Positions 1-10,700 of a stretch of 64,000 nucleotides of DNA are shown here, one piece after another. Source of the DNA: Hanamia sp. (lineage in GTDB: Bacteria; Bacteroidota; Bacteroidia; Chitinophagales; Chitinophagaceae); contig DATCFT010000023.1 in assembly GCA_036509335.1 (NCBI GenBank), forward strand, positions 7,904-71,903, written 5' to 3'. Below the pieces are notes generated by a model that was given only the letters and a program-made list of their open reading frames with translations, did no database searches and was not told the origin of the DNA. The stretch's first letter is position 1. The number at the start of each line of letters is the position of its first letter. Made by a program: the position numbers and the translations under genes.

Positions 1-1
1 A

Positions 2-505
2 GGAGTTTTGATCTCGGATATAGAACAATGTATTCAAAAAAAGATACCTGTTTTCAGAGCAATGCCCAACACTGCTATTTCTATCCAGGAAAGTATGACC
101 TGCCTGAGTTATACCAATGCGACAGAAGCGCAAATCACTTTTGTAAAAAAAGTTTTTTCTACTTTGGGAAAAGTAGCCGTAATAGACGAAAAGCTAATGG
201 AAGCCGCTACAGTACTTGGCGCTTGTGGAATTGCGTATGCGATGCGATTCATTAGGGCAAATATGCAGGGAGGAATTGAGATTGGTTTTGATGTTGCCAC
301 TGCCGGCCTTATTGTAGAACAAACCGTAAAGGGCGCAGCAGAATTATTGCTGCAAAAGGGAACTCATCCCGAACAAGAAATAGATAAAGTAACTACGCCA
401 AAAGGCTGCACTATCGTGGGTCTCAACGAAATGGAACACCAGGGTTTCAGTTCTTCATTGATAAAAGGAATTGCAGTAAGCTATCAAAAAATTGCAAAAA
501 ATTGA
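2..505 (+). CDS. proC: pyrroline-5-carboxylate reductase, C-terminal part (5' end lies outside the window)
   Basis: The frame is open to the window edge. The translation (MPNTAIS...GACGIAYAMRFI...TTPKGCTIVGLNEMEHQGF) looks like the conserved C-terminal dimerisation half of ProC. Confidence 0.85.
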   Translation, partial: GVLISDIEQCIQKKIPVFRAMPNTAISIQESMTCLSYTNATEAQITFVKKVFSTLGKVAVIDEKLMEAATVLGACGIAYAMRFIRANMQGGIEIGFDVATAGLIVEQTVKGAAELLLQKGTHPEQEIDKVTTPKGCTIVGLNEMEHQGFSSSLIKGIAVSYQKIAKN

Positions 506-522
506 AAATATTTTTCATACAG

Positions 523-553
523 AACCTTCCAGGTTTTTAAAACCTGGAAGGTT
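523..553. terminator. perfect 14-bp-arm palindrome 18 nt after the proC stop; possible bidirectional terminator for the convergent genes
   Basis: aaccttccaggttt (523-536) pairs perfectly with aaacctggaaggtt (540-553). No clear T-run follows it. Confidence 0.45.
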
Positions 554-582
554 TGCCCGTAGATGAAAGATAAAATAAAAAT

Positions 583-707
583 CTTTATTAAAAGTTTGCT
601 TACTGAAACTAAGAACTACAAACTAAAAACTTGTTTACTGACTAAAAAATAAAAAGGAATCCTTATTAAAAGTTTGTTTGCTGAAACTAAAAACTACGGA
701 CTAAAAA
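583..707 (+). repeat. two copies of a 47-bp intergenic element (583-629 and 661-707) plus a short third head copy (630-649)
   Basis: My manual alignment gives 41 of 47 identical positions. Each copy is a head TTATTAAAAGTTTG(C/T)TT(A/G)CTG followed by 8-nt words (AAACTAAG AACTACAA ACTAAAAA). Confidence 0.8.
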
Positions 708-1454
708 TTAAGTAATTAATTTTAAAAATTCTTCTTTTTTTCTTCTTGCTACATCTATTATCTCTCCGTTTTGCATAATTACCTGTCCGCCATCTCCACG
801 TAAATATTTTTTGATATAGCTCAGATTAATCAGATGCGAATTATGAATTCTATAAAAGCGATACGGTGTCAGAATTTCTTCAAAATCTTTGAGAAGTTTG
901 GTAACCAAAAGTATTTTGCCATCTTTAAAATGGATCTTGCTGTAATTGGAACTGGATTCTATTCTTATTATTTGATGGATATCATAAAAATCAACTCCTT
1001 CATTAGTTACAATCGTTATTTTATCATTTTGAGATCTGGAGTTGGAAAGATTCTGTCGCAGCACATCCAGTTTTTCAGGGATTTGCCTGTTGTGGTTATT
1101 AATAAAGCGATTCACGCAATTTTGCAGATCCTTTACAGCTACGGGTTTCACCAGGTAATCAAAAGCGCTGATCCTTATGGCATCAATAGCGTAATGATTA
1201 TACGCGGTGATAAAAACAATATCAAATTTTTTTTCTTTTATTTCTTCCAGCATTTTAAAACCATTCATTCGCGGCATTTCTATGTCTAAAAAAATTACAT
1301 CCGGTTGATGGAATTCTATTAAGCGAATGGCTTCCTCAGGTTTTTGAGCAGTTTCAATAACCTGGATGTCAGGGCAAAATTCTTCTAATTTTTGCTGCAG
1401 ATTTTGAAGACTTGGAAGCTCGTCATCTACTAAAATAGCTTTTAACTGTTCCAT
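708..1454 (-). CDS. LytR/AlgR-family response regulator (receiver + LytTR DNA-binding domain)
   Basis: The N-terminus is a receiver domain (ILVDDE...DVIFLDIEMPRMNGF). The C-terminus is a LytTR domain (IESSSNYSKIHF...FYRIHNSHLINL). Confidence 0.9.
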   Translation of the reverse strand: MEQLKAILVDDELPSLQNLQQKLEEFCPDIQVIETAQKPEEAIRLIEFHQPDVIFLDIEMPRMNGFKMLEEIKEKKFDIVFITAYNHYAIDAIRISAFDYLVKPVAVKDLQNCVNRFINNHNRQIPEKLDVLRQNLSNSRSQNDKITIVTNEGVDFYDIHQIIRIESSSNYSKIHFKDGKILLVTKLLKDFEEILTPYRFYRIHNSHLINLSYIKKYLRGDGGQVIMQNGEIIDVARRKKEEFLKLIT

Positions 1455-1487
1455 AATTTTTTGTATTAGTTAGTGAGTAAAAATTTT

Positions 1488-3332
1488 TTAAGCGGCTTTT
1501 ATTTTTATATATACTCTTGTGCCTCTGGGTTCATTGTTTTCATTATATAGATCCGTAATTGCTACTCCGCCATTACCATTTTGTTGTTGATTAAAAATGT
1601 TTATTCTATCCCGGCTCAGTTCAATACCAATACTGTTGTGATTAGGTTTGTTTTGGCTCCTGTATTTTGCTGACCGCTCGCGGCCTATTCCATTATCTTC
1701 AATGATGTAGGTGATGTAGTCATCTTCAAGTGTAGCCGATAAAAATAATTCTAATCCTTCTCTTTCGCTTTGCGATAAACCATGCAGGATGGCATTTTCA
1801 ACATAGGGCTGTATCAGCAAATGAGGCACACGGTAATCTCCATTCAATAATTCCGGATCTATGTTTGATTTAAAAGTGAATTTATTATCAAAGCGTAATT
1901 GTTCCAGTTCTACATACAGTTTAATGCCTTCCATGTTTTTTGTAAATGAAGCAAAATCAACACGGCTGCTATCGAGCATGATCCTTATTAATTCCGAAAA
2001 CTTATTCAAATATTCACTGGCGGCTTTTTTATCATTTTTCATGATAAAATTTTCAATGCTATTGAGGCAATTGAAAATAAAATGAGGATTCATTTGTGCC
2101 TTCAGAGATTGCATTTGCATTTCTGTAATTCTTTGTTTCAATTCAGACTCTGATTGCTTCTTTTTCGACTGGATACTTTTATTGATCACAACAGAAATAG
2201 CGATAATTAAAAATAATAAACCCAGGATGGAAATCAGCAGAGCGTTTTTAAAAATGATATCTCTTTTTTGAATTACTGACAATTCTTTCAAATGCGCATT
2301 TTCTATCTCCTTGCGTTTTATTATCCAGTCTGCTTCATTAATGACTATATTCCGCCTGTTATTTTCAGAGAAAATAGAATCATTGGCTGAGCGATAAATG
2401 CGGTAATAGAACAACGATGAATCTTTGTTGCGCATTACATCGTATTCATTTGACATCTGTTGCGCAGCCGTAGATATTCCTTCCATGTAATGTGTTTTGC
2501 CGGCAATGGCAAGTGCGCTGTCCAATAATTCAATTTTATTACCAGGTGATAAATTTTGTAAATATTTCGCTTTTGCACTGTACACCTGGTATTCATTTCG
2601 TAAATCATTTTGAGCAATTGCCTGTTTCATTGCTTTACCAAAAAAATAACTTGATGAATCAATTTGATTATCTATTGCCTGCAATTTTCCATAACCTAAG
2701 TAGAATTGTGAAAGAACATAATTGTCGCCGGCTTTTAGGGCGTAAGGCATTCCTAAATCCAGACTGCGTTTGGCATTGGTATATAATCCTTCATTCAGAT
2801 CGCATTGCTGCAGCAGTTCGTAATTAATTGCAACGCCACGCCATGCCTGCAGTTGAATATTGATTTTAATTGCCTCTTTGGCGTATTGGCGGCTCTTTTC
2901 AAAATCATTAATTGCTTTGAAATTGTCGCCTATATTATTAAGCGAAACTGCTTTCAGACGAAGCGCGCCACAGGCCTCTGCATATTCTGCGGCCTTAAAA
3001 TAAGCATCGTTACTTCCTTCATAATTGGCGGAATTGCTCAACAGAAGGCCCAGGTTTATTTGTGCCAATGATTTTCCATAAGTGAAATTCAAGCTATCGC
3101 TAAGAATAGAAACTCTTTCATAATATCCAAAAGATTTTTTTACATCATTTTCGCTAAAACGATAGCTAAGTCTGTGTAATGAAAGAATGTATTGTGAATC
3201 AATTTTTGGATTATTTTTTATCCAGTTTTCTACACTGTCGGCATAGTTTGTTTGGGTATAAGCATTTCTGCTTATGCCAACAGTGATCGCAAAAGCTATT
3301 AATATGAAATAGTATTTTTTATGCAAAACCAA
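1488..3332 (-). CDS. sensor histidine kinase, LytS/YehU type, with an N-terminal TPR-like extracytoplasmic region
   Basis: It has a signal peptide, about 340 aa of repeat-rich region, one TM helix (ALLISILGLLFLIIAISVVI), the His_kinase motif NPHFIFNCLNSI and an HATPase motif IEDNGIG. Its stop lies 33 nt upstream of the response regulator start on the same strand. TTG start. Confidence 0.85.
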   Translation of the reverse strand: MVLHKKYYFILIAFAITVGISRNAYTQTNYADSVENWIKNNPKIDSQYILSLHRLSYRFSENDVKKSFGYYERVSILSDSLNFTYGKSLAQINLGLLLSNSANYEGSNDAYFKAAEYAEACGALRLKAVSLNNIGDNFKAINDFEKSRQYAKEAIKINIQLQAWRGVAINYELLQQCDLNEGLYTNAKRSLDLGMPYALKAGDNYVLSQFYLGYGKLQAIDNQIDSSSYFFGKAMKQAIAQNDLRNEYQVYSAKAKYLQNLSPGNKIELLDSALAIAGKTHYMEGISTAAQQMSNEYDVMRNKDSSLFYYRIYRSANDSIFSENNRRNIVINEADWIIKRKEIENAHLKELSVIQKRDIIFKNALLISILGLLFLIIAISVVINKSIQSKKKQSESELKQRITEMQMQSLKAQMNPHFIFNCLNSIENFIMKNDKKAASEYLNKFSELIRIMLDSSRVDFASFTKNMEGIKLYVELEQLRFDNKFTFKSNIDPELLNGDYRVPHLLIQPYVENAILHGLSQSEREGLELFLSATLEDDYITYIIEDNGIGRERSAKYRSQNKPNHNSIGIELSRDRINIFNQQQNGNGGVAITDLYNENNEPRGTRVYIKIKAA

Positions 3333-3756
3333 TTTTTTTAAGAAATGATTATAAAATAGCTTTTGATTTTGGAATTTTTATTGAGGTAAAATAATAATAT
3401 TTTCATAAAACATAAACCTAACCCTTTCTTTAAATAAATCCGAATACAACAAATCTATTTATTAAAATATTGGAGAAAATGGTCAATATTTGCAAGGGGA
3501 GTTTCAGTGAGTAAGCGGAGTGTTTTTGAGAGTAAATGGCTGAAAGTTTAAAAAATCAATTCTTCTGTTTTCTGAAATTCTTCTTCAAATAGGCTTATTA
3601 AGAGAGGAATTGGAATTATTTGTTTGTTTGTTGCGTGGTTTATTGCTTAAATTTTAAATCCCGGAATGTTTTCTTAAAATTATAAAGAGTTTGTAAATTG
3701 TGATTCAGACTTATAAAAAAACAAAACCATTTTATCAACTTTAAAAAACATCAATT

Positions 3757-3996
3757 ATGTCAGAAATTAACGAATCATCATTTGCAGGTAAGGCCGAAGA
3801 ATTAAAAGATCAGGCCGCTGAAAAACTAAATGACCTAAAAGGTAAAGCAGGCGATGTAGCCAATGACCTGAAAGGCAAAGCTGGTGAAGTTATGGATGAT
3901 CTTCAATCAGGCAGGCTGAAAGAAGAAGCAGAAGAAAAATTGAATGACTTGGGCAATGCAGCAAAAGGGCTCTGGAATAAAATTACCGGGAAATAA
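3757..3996 (+). CDS. small hydrophilic repeat protein (CsbD/YtxH/LEA-like stress-protein flavour); function unknown
   Basis: The 79-aa ORF is Lys/Glu/Asp/Ala-rich with an internal repeat NDLKGKAG(D/E)V x2. An intrinsic terminator follows it. Confidence 0.6.
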   Translation: MSEINESSFAGKAEELKDQAAEKLNDLKGKAGDVANDLKGKAGEVMDDLQSGRLKEEAEEKLNDLGNAAKGLWNKITGK

Positions 3997-4025
3997 ACAA
4001 AATACCGGGGGCATTTTTTTTTATA

Positions 4026-4060
4026 AAGACGGAAATCTCATCTGTCTTTTTTTATTTTTT
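4026..4060 (+). terminator. rho-independent terminator after the 3757-3996 gene
   Basis: An 8-bp stem (aagacgga / tctgtctt, one G-U pair) with a 7-nt loop is followed by a long T-run. Confidence 0.7.
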
Positions 4061-4094
4061 TTGTATCCAATAAAATGGAGTATCATTAAAAAAT

Positions 4095-5354
4095 TCAGTA
4101 GTTATTTTTTATAAATAAAATAATTTTATCCGAAGCGCCTGCATTTTTATAAACATAATTTTTTGCTGCAGCACTTCTTGATAATAGCTCTTCATTATTA
4201 TTTAATAAATTATTTACTACTTTTTCAAGTTCCAATGCATTTTCAATACTTATAGCCCCGCTGCTATCAATCATTTCTTCAGCTTCAAAATTTTTATCAT
4301 ATTGTGGGCCAAAAATTACTGGTTTGCCATATACAGCAGCTTCCAGAATATTGTGAAGTCCGTCATAACCAAATCCGCCACCGACGTAGGTTATAGTAGC
4401 ATAATAGTATAGCCTGGAAAGCATTCCGATGTTATTAATGATAAGGCAGTTAACACTCCCACCTGTCCCTTTTTCCAACATCTTATTTTCGACCCACTCA
4501 GAATAAAACAAAGAATCCGGAAATTCTTTTTTTACATATTCGAGATTCTCCGAATCTATTTCGTGTGGCGCAATAATGAATTTCAGTTCCGGATGCTTCC
4601 TGACAAAATGGGTCCATTCAACTTCATCTTCTTCCCAGGTACTACCCATCACGATCACTTTATTATTGTCGCAAAATTCAGCAATCGCGGGTATTTCTTT
4701 AAAATCTTCGGCGATGTTTATCACACGATCACACCTCGTATCTCCTGAAACTGTAATCTTTTCTTCCGAAATTAAGAATTGTAATTCAGTTTTTGAATCC
4801 TCATTTTGAACAAAAAAATGAGTAAAGCAATTCAACATATTTCTATAAAAATTACCATACCATTTAAAGAAAATTTGGTTGCTTCGGTAAACGCCGGAAA
4901 TCATGAGCAAAGGAATCTTCTTCCTTTTTATTTCCTGTAAATAATAATGCCAGTATTCGTATTTTACCCACAGAACCAGGTCGGGTTTTAAAATGTGCAA
5001 CCATTTTTTTGCGTGGGATGGCGAATCCATTGGCAGGTAAAAAATATTTTTAAAATCTTTATGATTCTTTACAATTTCAAAACCTGATGGAGAAAAAAAA
5101 GTGATAAAAATAGCAGTATCCGGAAATTGTTCTTTAATTTTTGCAAGTACCGGCCGCCCTTGTTCAAATTCCCCAAGGCTCGCACAGTGCATCCAGATTA
5201 TTTTTTTTCCGGTTGAAGCTTTTACAGATTCTTTTAATTTCTCAAAAACATTTTTTCTGCCTGTGATCCATAGTTTGGCTTTTTTATTCCCCAAAGAAAC
5301 CAGGTAAATACCGGCTTTATAAGTAATTAAAAACAGTTGGTATAGAAAGGTCAA
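4095..5354 (-). CDS. waaA: 3-deoxy-D-manno-octulosonic acid (Kdo) transferase
   Basis: The N-terminal membrane anchor is followed by the typical WMHCASLGEFEQGRP motif and a GT30 C-terminal half. TTG start. Confidence 0.85.
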   Translation of the reverse strand: MTFLYQLFLITYKAGIYLVSLGNKKAKLWITGRKNVFEKLKESVKASTGKKIIWMHCASLGEFEQGRPVLAKIKEQFPDTAIFITFFSPSGFEIVKNHKDFKNIFYLPMDSPSHAKKWLHILKPDLVLWVKYEYWHYYLQEIKRKKIPLLMISGVYRSNQIFFKWYGNFYRNMLNCFTHFFVQNEDSKTELQFLISEEKITVSGDTRCDRVINIAEDFKEIPAIAEFCDNNKVIVMGSTWEEDEVEWTHFVRKHPELKFIIAPHEIDSENLEYVKKEFPDSLFYSEWVENKMLEKGTGGSVNCLIINNIGMLSRLYYYATITYVGGGFGYDGLHNILEAAVYGKPVIFGPQYDKNFEAEEMIDSSGAISIENALELEKVVNNLLNNNEELLSRSAAAKNYVYKNAGASDKIILFIKNNY

Positions 5355-5371
5355 ATTTTTATATTTAGTTG

Positions 5372-5379
5372 CAAATCTA
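5372..5379 (-). promoter_or_regulatory. Bacteroidota -7 promoter box (TAgaTTTG on the minus strand) for waaA
   Basis: Forward caaatcta is the reverse complement of TAnnTTTG, about 18 nt upstream of the waaA start. Confidence 0.45.
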
Positions 5380-5545
5380 TAAGGAAATTCAAAAACAAAA
5401 AGTTCTTTATTTTTTTATAATTAAAAAGAGACTGTTTCGGACTTCCTGCTGATGTATGGTTGCAACAACATGCAATATTTTAAAAAGTTATAAAAAAGAA
5501 AAAGCGTTGTAGGGGCCGGGTTTACCCCTGCCCTCGAAAGGTTAC

Positions 5546-5585
5546 AAAAAAAATACGGGTAAAATTTTTACCCGTATTTTTTTTA
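5546..5585. terminator. bidirectional intrinsic terminator downstream of the SusC/SusD pair
   Basis: The core stem atacgggta / tacccgtat is flanked by an A-run on the left and a T-run on the right. Confidence 0.75.
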
Positions 5586-5679
5586 TTCTGATAGAACAAA
5601 ATTAAAGTTATTACCACCCCAACTTATAGGGAGAAAGTCTTTGCAGCTTGATTATAACCGAAAATAGACTATCATATTA

Positions 5680-7692
5680 CTATTTTGCGAGGTATCCATA
5701 ATATTGAGCATCTGTTGCACAATCCCACCATATAGGCATACTCCAGATATTCGGATCAGCAGCATGAGGATTTAAGGCAAGCGTATGTATTGAGTTGTAA
5801 TTTATTTCATAAGTCGGAGGTAACATCCAACGGCGCATCCAATACCTCGGATCGTTTGGAGAACCACCTGTCAACTGAGCCTGGCCTGTAAATAAGGGGC
5901 CTCGTTGATAGCCAGGGTAAACAACTCCAAAAGTACCTACATCGCCGGCGCTAAAATCAAACCTGCGCATATCGTTGTAATTTTCAATGCTGCAACCCAT
6001 GGCAATATATTTTTGCAACATGATGTCTGACATTGTCAAAGTACCTGCACTTTGTGCAACAGCACTGCTCGTAAGATAGGTGTTAATATCATTTTGACTC
6101 ATAGGTTCCATATCAGGAATGGTAACGCCGGCAGCATTTTTGTCAAAACCAGCACCTTGCCATTCAGCGAGCTTAGCCTGCATCATATCCATATGCGCCT
6201 GGATGCCTGCGATATATGCTGTATAGGCATCTGCAGGATCGCCTTTTCTCATCTCCACTTCTGCTTTGATAAAACACATTTCATCGTAGGTCAGAATCTC
6301 CTGGTCAGAAATAGGACGAACCTGGTAGGAGCCAGTTGAGCCAATAACACCGGCATTATATGCATCTACTGAAGGATACCAGTTTACATCATTTTGAGGC
6401 TGATTAGGGTTGCCTGATGTAGCAATAGCACTGCTGCGCATATTTACATAAATAGTATCTCCGGCATAAATATAGTTAGTGCTGTTTATGTAAATGGAAC
6501 CTGCAGGATAGGTTATTGTTACAGTGTTGCCAGTGGTAGTATAAGCACGGCCTACTGCAACCTGTGCAGCAATGAAATTTGCAAGTGCTGTTGCATCAGA
6601 TATAGTATACGTTTTACTGACATTTGTAGTGGCATAACTTGCAGTTTGAATAGAAGTTGGGCCGCCTGCCACCAAACGAGTTGCCGTGTCATAAGAATCC
6701 ACTCCTATTGCACGATTCCATGTATAAGAGCTTACCTGGCCTGAACCATTCAATTGAACATTAGCCATAGAAGCCGGTACAATTTTAGACATACGGGGAT
6801 CCACCACTCCGGAACCATTCATATTCGTCAGCAAGTTGTAATAATATTTGGAAATGCGAATAGAATTGCCATAAGCCGCATAATCAAAGTTGCCATTTGT
6901 TACCACAGGATCGCCTTCCAGATAATCGGTTACCGTGCTGTTATTGAACCCTGGTCCAACAGTGTTATCCGCATTAGATTGAGGGCCCTGGGACAAACAA
7001 TACAGAATGGAATCAGCATTAAACAAATCCGCTTTTTTTGACAATTTAAGCATATAACGGGCTTTTAATCCCCAGCACAGTTTTATCCACTTGCTTACAT
7101 CTCCAGCATTCCACAAATCTCCGCTGGAAAGAGCAGGGGCACCAACTTCCTGCGTTTTATTGAACAGGCTGATAGCTTCATTCAAATGTGCCATACAACC
7201 ATTGTAAATGGTTTTACCGTCATCAGGAGCCGGGCTTGGATTTCCTGTTCCAGCCTGTGTATAAGGCATTTCACCATAAAGATCCAGCATTTCCATATAA
7301 CCCAGCGCACTGAATACATCTGATATGGCCATATAGTGATAAGCGCCTTTTGCTTGGGCGGAATTATACAAGTCAACTATATTCGAAGATACTTCCACAA
7401 ACCAGGTTTGATAAGGAGTTGTTGAATTGGCACTTGAGCACTGCCATGTGGTACTAAAGCTATTACCAGCAGCAGTGTTACTATAATAAACCCCTGCCTG
7501 GAGTGCAGTACGGTAATTGGTTACCCCTGCAGTGTACTGATAAAAGTGCTGAATCCAGGGCACACGGTTTTGAATTAATACGCTTTGGTTGTTTGGATTA
7601 TCCGGGTCTGTATTAACGTCCAACCATTTTTTACAGGAGGCCAAACTCATCAAGAGTACGCAACCCAGTATAATATATTTTGTTTTTTTCAT
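5680..7692 (-). CDS. SusD/RagB-family nutrient-binding outer-membrane lipoprotein (long, 670 aa)
   Basis: It has a lipoprotein signal (LMSLASC) and an N-terminal WLDVNTDPDNPN motif typical of SusD-like proteins. It lies directly downstream of a SusC gene. Confidence 0.85.
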   Translation of the reverse strand: MKKTKYIILGCVLLMSLASCKKWLDVNTDPDNPNNQSVLIQNRVPWIQHFYQYTAGVTNYRTALQAGVYYSNTAAGNSFSTTWQCSSANSTTPYQTWFVEVSSNIVDLYNSAQAKGAYHYMAISDVFSALGYMEMLDLYGEMPYTQAGTGNPSPAPDDGKTIYNGCMAHLNEAISLFNKTQEVGAPALSSGDLWNAGDVSKWIKLCWGLKARYMLKLSKKADLFNADSILYCLSQGPQSNADNTVGPGFNNSTVTDYLEGDPVVTNGNFDYAAYGNSIRISKYYYNLLTNMNGSGVVDPRMSKIVPASMANVQLNGSGQVSSYTWNRAIGVDSYDTATRLVAGGPTSIQTASYATTNVSKTYTISDATALANFIAAQVAVGRAYTTTGNTVTITYPAGSIYINSTNYIYAGDTIYVNMRSSAIATSGNPNQPQNDVNWYPSVDAYNAGVIGSTGSYQVRPISDQEILTYDEMCFIKAEVEMRKGDPADAYTAYIAGIQAHMDMMQAKLAEWQGAGFDKNAAGVTIPDMEPMSQNDINTYLTSSAVAQSAGTLTMSDIMLQKYIAMGCSIENYNDMRRFDFSAGDVGTFGVVYPGYQRGPLFTGQAQLTGGSPNDPRYWMRRWMLPPTYEINYNSIHTLALNPHAADPNIWSMPIWWDCATDAQYYGYLAK

Positions 7693-7709
7693 GATTTATT
7701 TTTTTGAAT

Positions 7710-10700
7710 TTAAAACTTAAGATTTACACCGAATGTGAAACTAGCTACCGCAGGCACTCCCAGGTAATCAATACCTGTAGAACCCGAACCGCCTGTTCCT
7801 CCTGCTGCACTTACTTCAGGATCCATTCCTTTGTAGTTGGTCCATGTAAACAAATTAGTGCCTACTACAGTAGCTGATAGTCCTTTGATAATTTTTTGAT
7901 TCTTCAACATACCATCAAAGTCATATGTTAACGACAAGGAGCGTAGTTTCAGCCAGTTTACTGAAGTAATAAAATTATAAGAGTTGGCTGCATAGTTCGA
8001 CCAATACTGTTGAATCATATTAGTACCAGAATAAGTTGTACTACCAATAGTATAAGATTGATTTGCATTGTAAGTTACCGTAGTATCAGATCCTGACTGA
8101 CTGCTGACTCCTTTTAAAGTCACGGATTGACGATCGTTCAATAAAGTTTTTTTACTTAAACCGTTTGAGACCAAAGCAGACTCTGTACCGTTAAAGACAT
8201 CTCCTCCAATACGGATATCGAGAAGGAAGGATAACGTGAATGCTTTGTACCGCAAAGTATTTTCAAAGCCGCCAATGAAATCCGGTTCACGATTACCTAC
8301 CACCAGAACAGCAGGGTTGATTTTATATAAACCCGTGTTAATGTCTATCTGGTAGGCGCCGTTTGGAATCGCTTTTCCATTTGCATCAACAGCATGCAAG
8401 TAAGATTGGCCGGTCATTCCCGCAAAATAACCTCCGTTCGGAATTGAGGCTGCTTTTATGGTTCCAAATTGAGCGTCCGTCGGGTAAAAATAGGATACGC
8501 CCGGAATGAAAGCACCTAATCTGCCCTTATTGTAGGAGAAATTGAGTGTTGCATTCCATGAAAAGTCCCTTTGCGATAGTACTTTACCTGTAAGCGCTAT
8601 TTCCATACCATTATTAATTACCGAACCGGAATTAAGCGTGCTGAAAATAAATCCGCCGGATTGAGCTAAACGTGGTTGCCCGATTTGATTTTTTGTTTCA
8701 TTATGATAATAGGTATAATCCAAACCAATTCGATCATTCAAAAATCTAAATGCTCCCCCAACTTCCCATGAAGATTGAATTTCAGGTATCAAATCAGGAT
8801 TACCTGAATAGTACTGGTTACCAACACCAATATAAGAACCAATAGTAATCGGAGGATTTTCGTAAGTATTAGTAGCATAGGGATTAGCGTCTTTACCGAC
8901 TCTCGCCCAGCTTGCCCGAAGTTTACCGAATGAAAGAATATTGCTCGGATGTAACAATTGTGTAAAAATAAAAGAACCACTGATGGAAGGATAAAAATAA
9001 GACCTGCTCTTTACAGGTAGAGTGGATGACCAATCATTGCGTCCTGTTGCAGTCAGATATACCAAATCTTTATAAGATACACCTGCTTCTCCATAAGCAC
9101 CAACCAAACGTCTCCTTGTTGTCGCATCAGTAAAAAATTTATTGGTGTTCTCCATATTATTAAAGCTAATGGTACCTGGGGTACTAAAGGTATATCCCCA
9201 AAGATTTTGATTGACAGTATTAAAATCTTCTGAAGTAGTTCCCAACAGCACGTGCGTATCAAAATTTCCAAAGCTCTTGTGAAAATTAGTCATCACTGTT
9301 GTTGTGATATAGGTATAATTAACCATGTCTTTGCTCAGGCGTCCGTTTTGATATAGTGGAATAACCGCAGATCCTGGGGCAATATAAGTATAGTCATTGG
9401 TAGTGTACTGGTCATAACCCACACGTCCTGTAATATCCCACCAATTGGTAATTTTAAAATTGCCGTTTAGGCCACCGGTGAAACGATTGGTTTTTGAGGT
9501 TAACTTATCCTCATTTATGATCCAATAAGGATTGTCAATGTCGTCTTCCAGAGCAACCGTTCCGGCATATATCCGATGTTGCGACTCGTCAGGATTTATA
9601 TAATTTTTGACATTGTATGTTGTAGGCCAACCGTACAAGGCCTGCATACTTCCTACTCCACTTCCATATAAACCGGCGGTGGTCAGTGTTCTATCAGTGT
9701 TAGCAACAGAATAGGCTACATTCGCATTCAATGTCAAACCACCGTATTTCTGATCCCCATTAAAACGGAAAGTTGTTTTATCATAATCCGTACCGGGAAC
9801 GATACCTGTTTGCTTAAAGTTAGATCCCGATAGGAAAAAAGAACCGTTCTTTGAACCACCAGACACGTTTACGTTATTATCATAAATAGTACCATGGCGA
9901 AAGAAATTACCGATATTGTCATATATCGTACTATCGGCAGGTATCTTTGGCCCCCATGAATTATAAACACCATCCGTACTCAGAACGCCATTACTGGAAT
10001 AGCTACCCGGACCAAATTCAGTTTGAACCTGGGGTAATTTGTCTGCCCAGGAGGTGCTTATTTTACTATTGAAATTTACTGTTGTTCTTCCTTCTTGTCC
10101 TTGCTTAGTGGTAATAAGAACCACACCGTCAGCCGCCCGGGAACCATATAAAGCGGCTGCTGCAGCACCTTTTAAAACGGACAAGCTTTCAATATCTTCA
10201 GGATTGATATCCATAACACGATCTGAGTAAGTTGTATTACTGCGTGACAAACCATCAGTACCTGTGTTACCTGTAACGGTTGTCGAGTTATCATAAATAA
10301 TTCCGTCTACAACAAATAATGGCTGATTTTGCCTGCCCTCTGATGTTGAAGTACCACCACGAAGAGTGATGGAAGCTCCTGCACCTGCGGAACCACTGAA
10401 TTGAGTAATATTTACACCCGGAACTTTACCTGCAAGGGAATTGATAACATTGGTATTCTTGTTTTTCATCAATTCATTGGCATTCAACTGAGTAACCGAA
10501 TAACCAAGCGACCTTTGTTCCTTTTTAATACCCAAAGCCGTAACAACCACTTCTTGCAATTCTGCGTTTCCCCTCTGAAGAGTAATTGAAATAGTGGAAG
10601 AATTTTCTACTTTGATTTCACGGGTTGTAAATCCCACCGAACTCACTACCAATATATCTCCGCGAATCGCCATAGTTGTGAACTTTCCATCCAGATCGGT

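Noticed and set aside
834-1289. ORFs of 60-180 aa lying antisense to, or out of frame within, the long genes. Examples are 834-1289, 2492-2827, 6052-6339, 11156-11530, 14512-14838, 17087-17455, 23026-23376, 33950-34267, 35093-35626, 44822-45190, 51041-51307 and 60125-60406.
   Set aside because: Each is fully embedded in a longer ORF with clear family motifs. Their translations are low-complexity or Cys/Phe/Ile-rich, as expected for shadow frames in AT-rich DNA. None has a promoter box or a recognisable domain.
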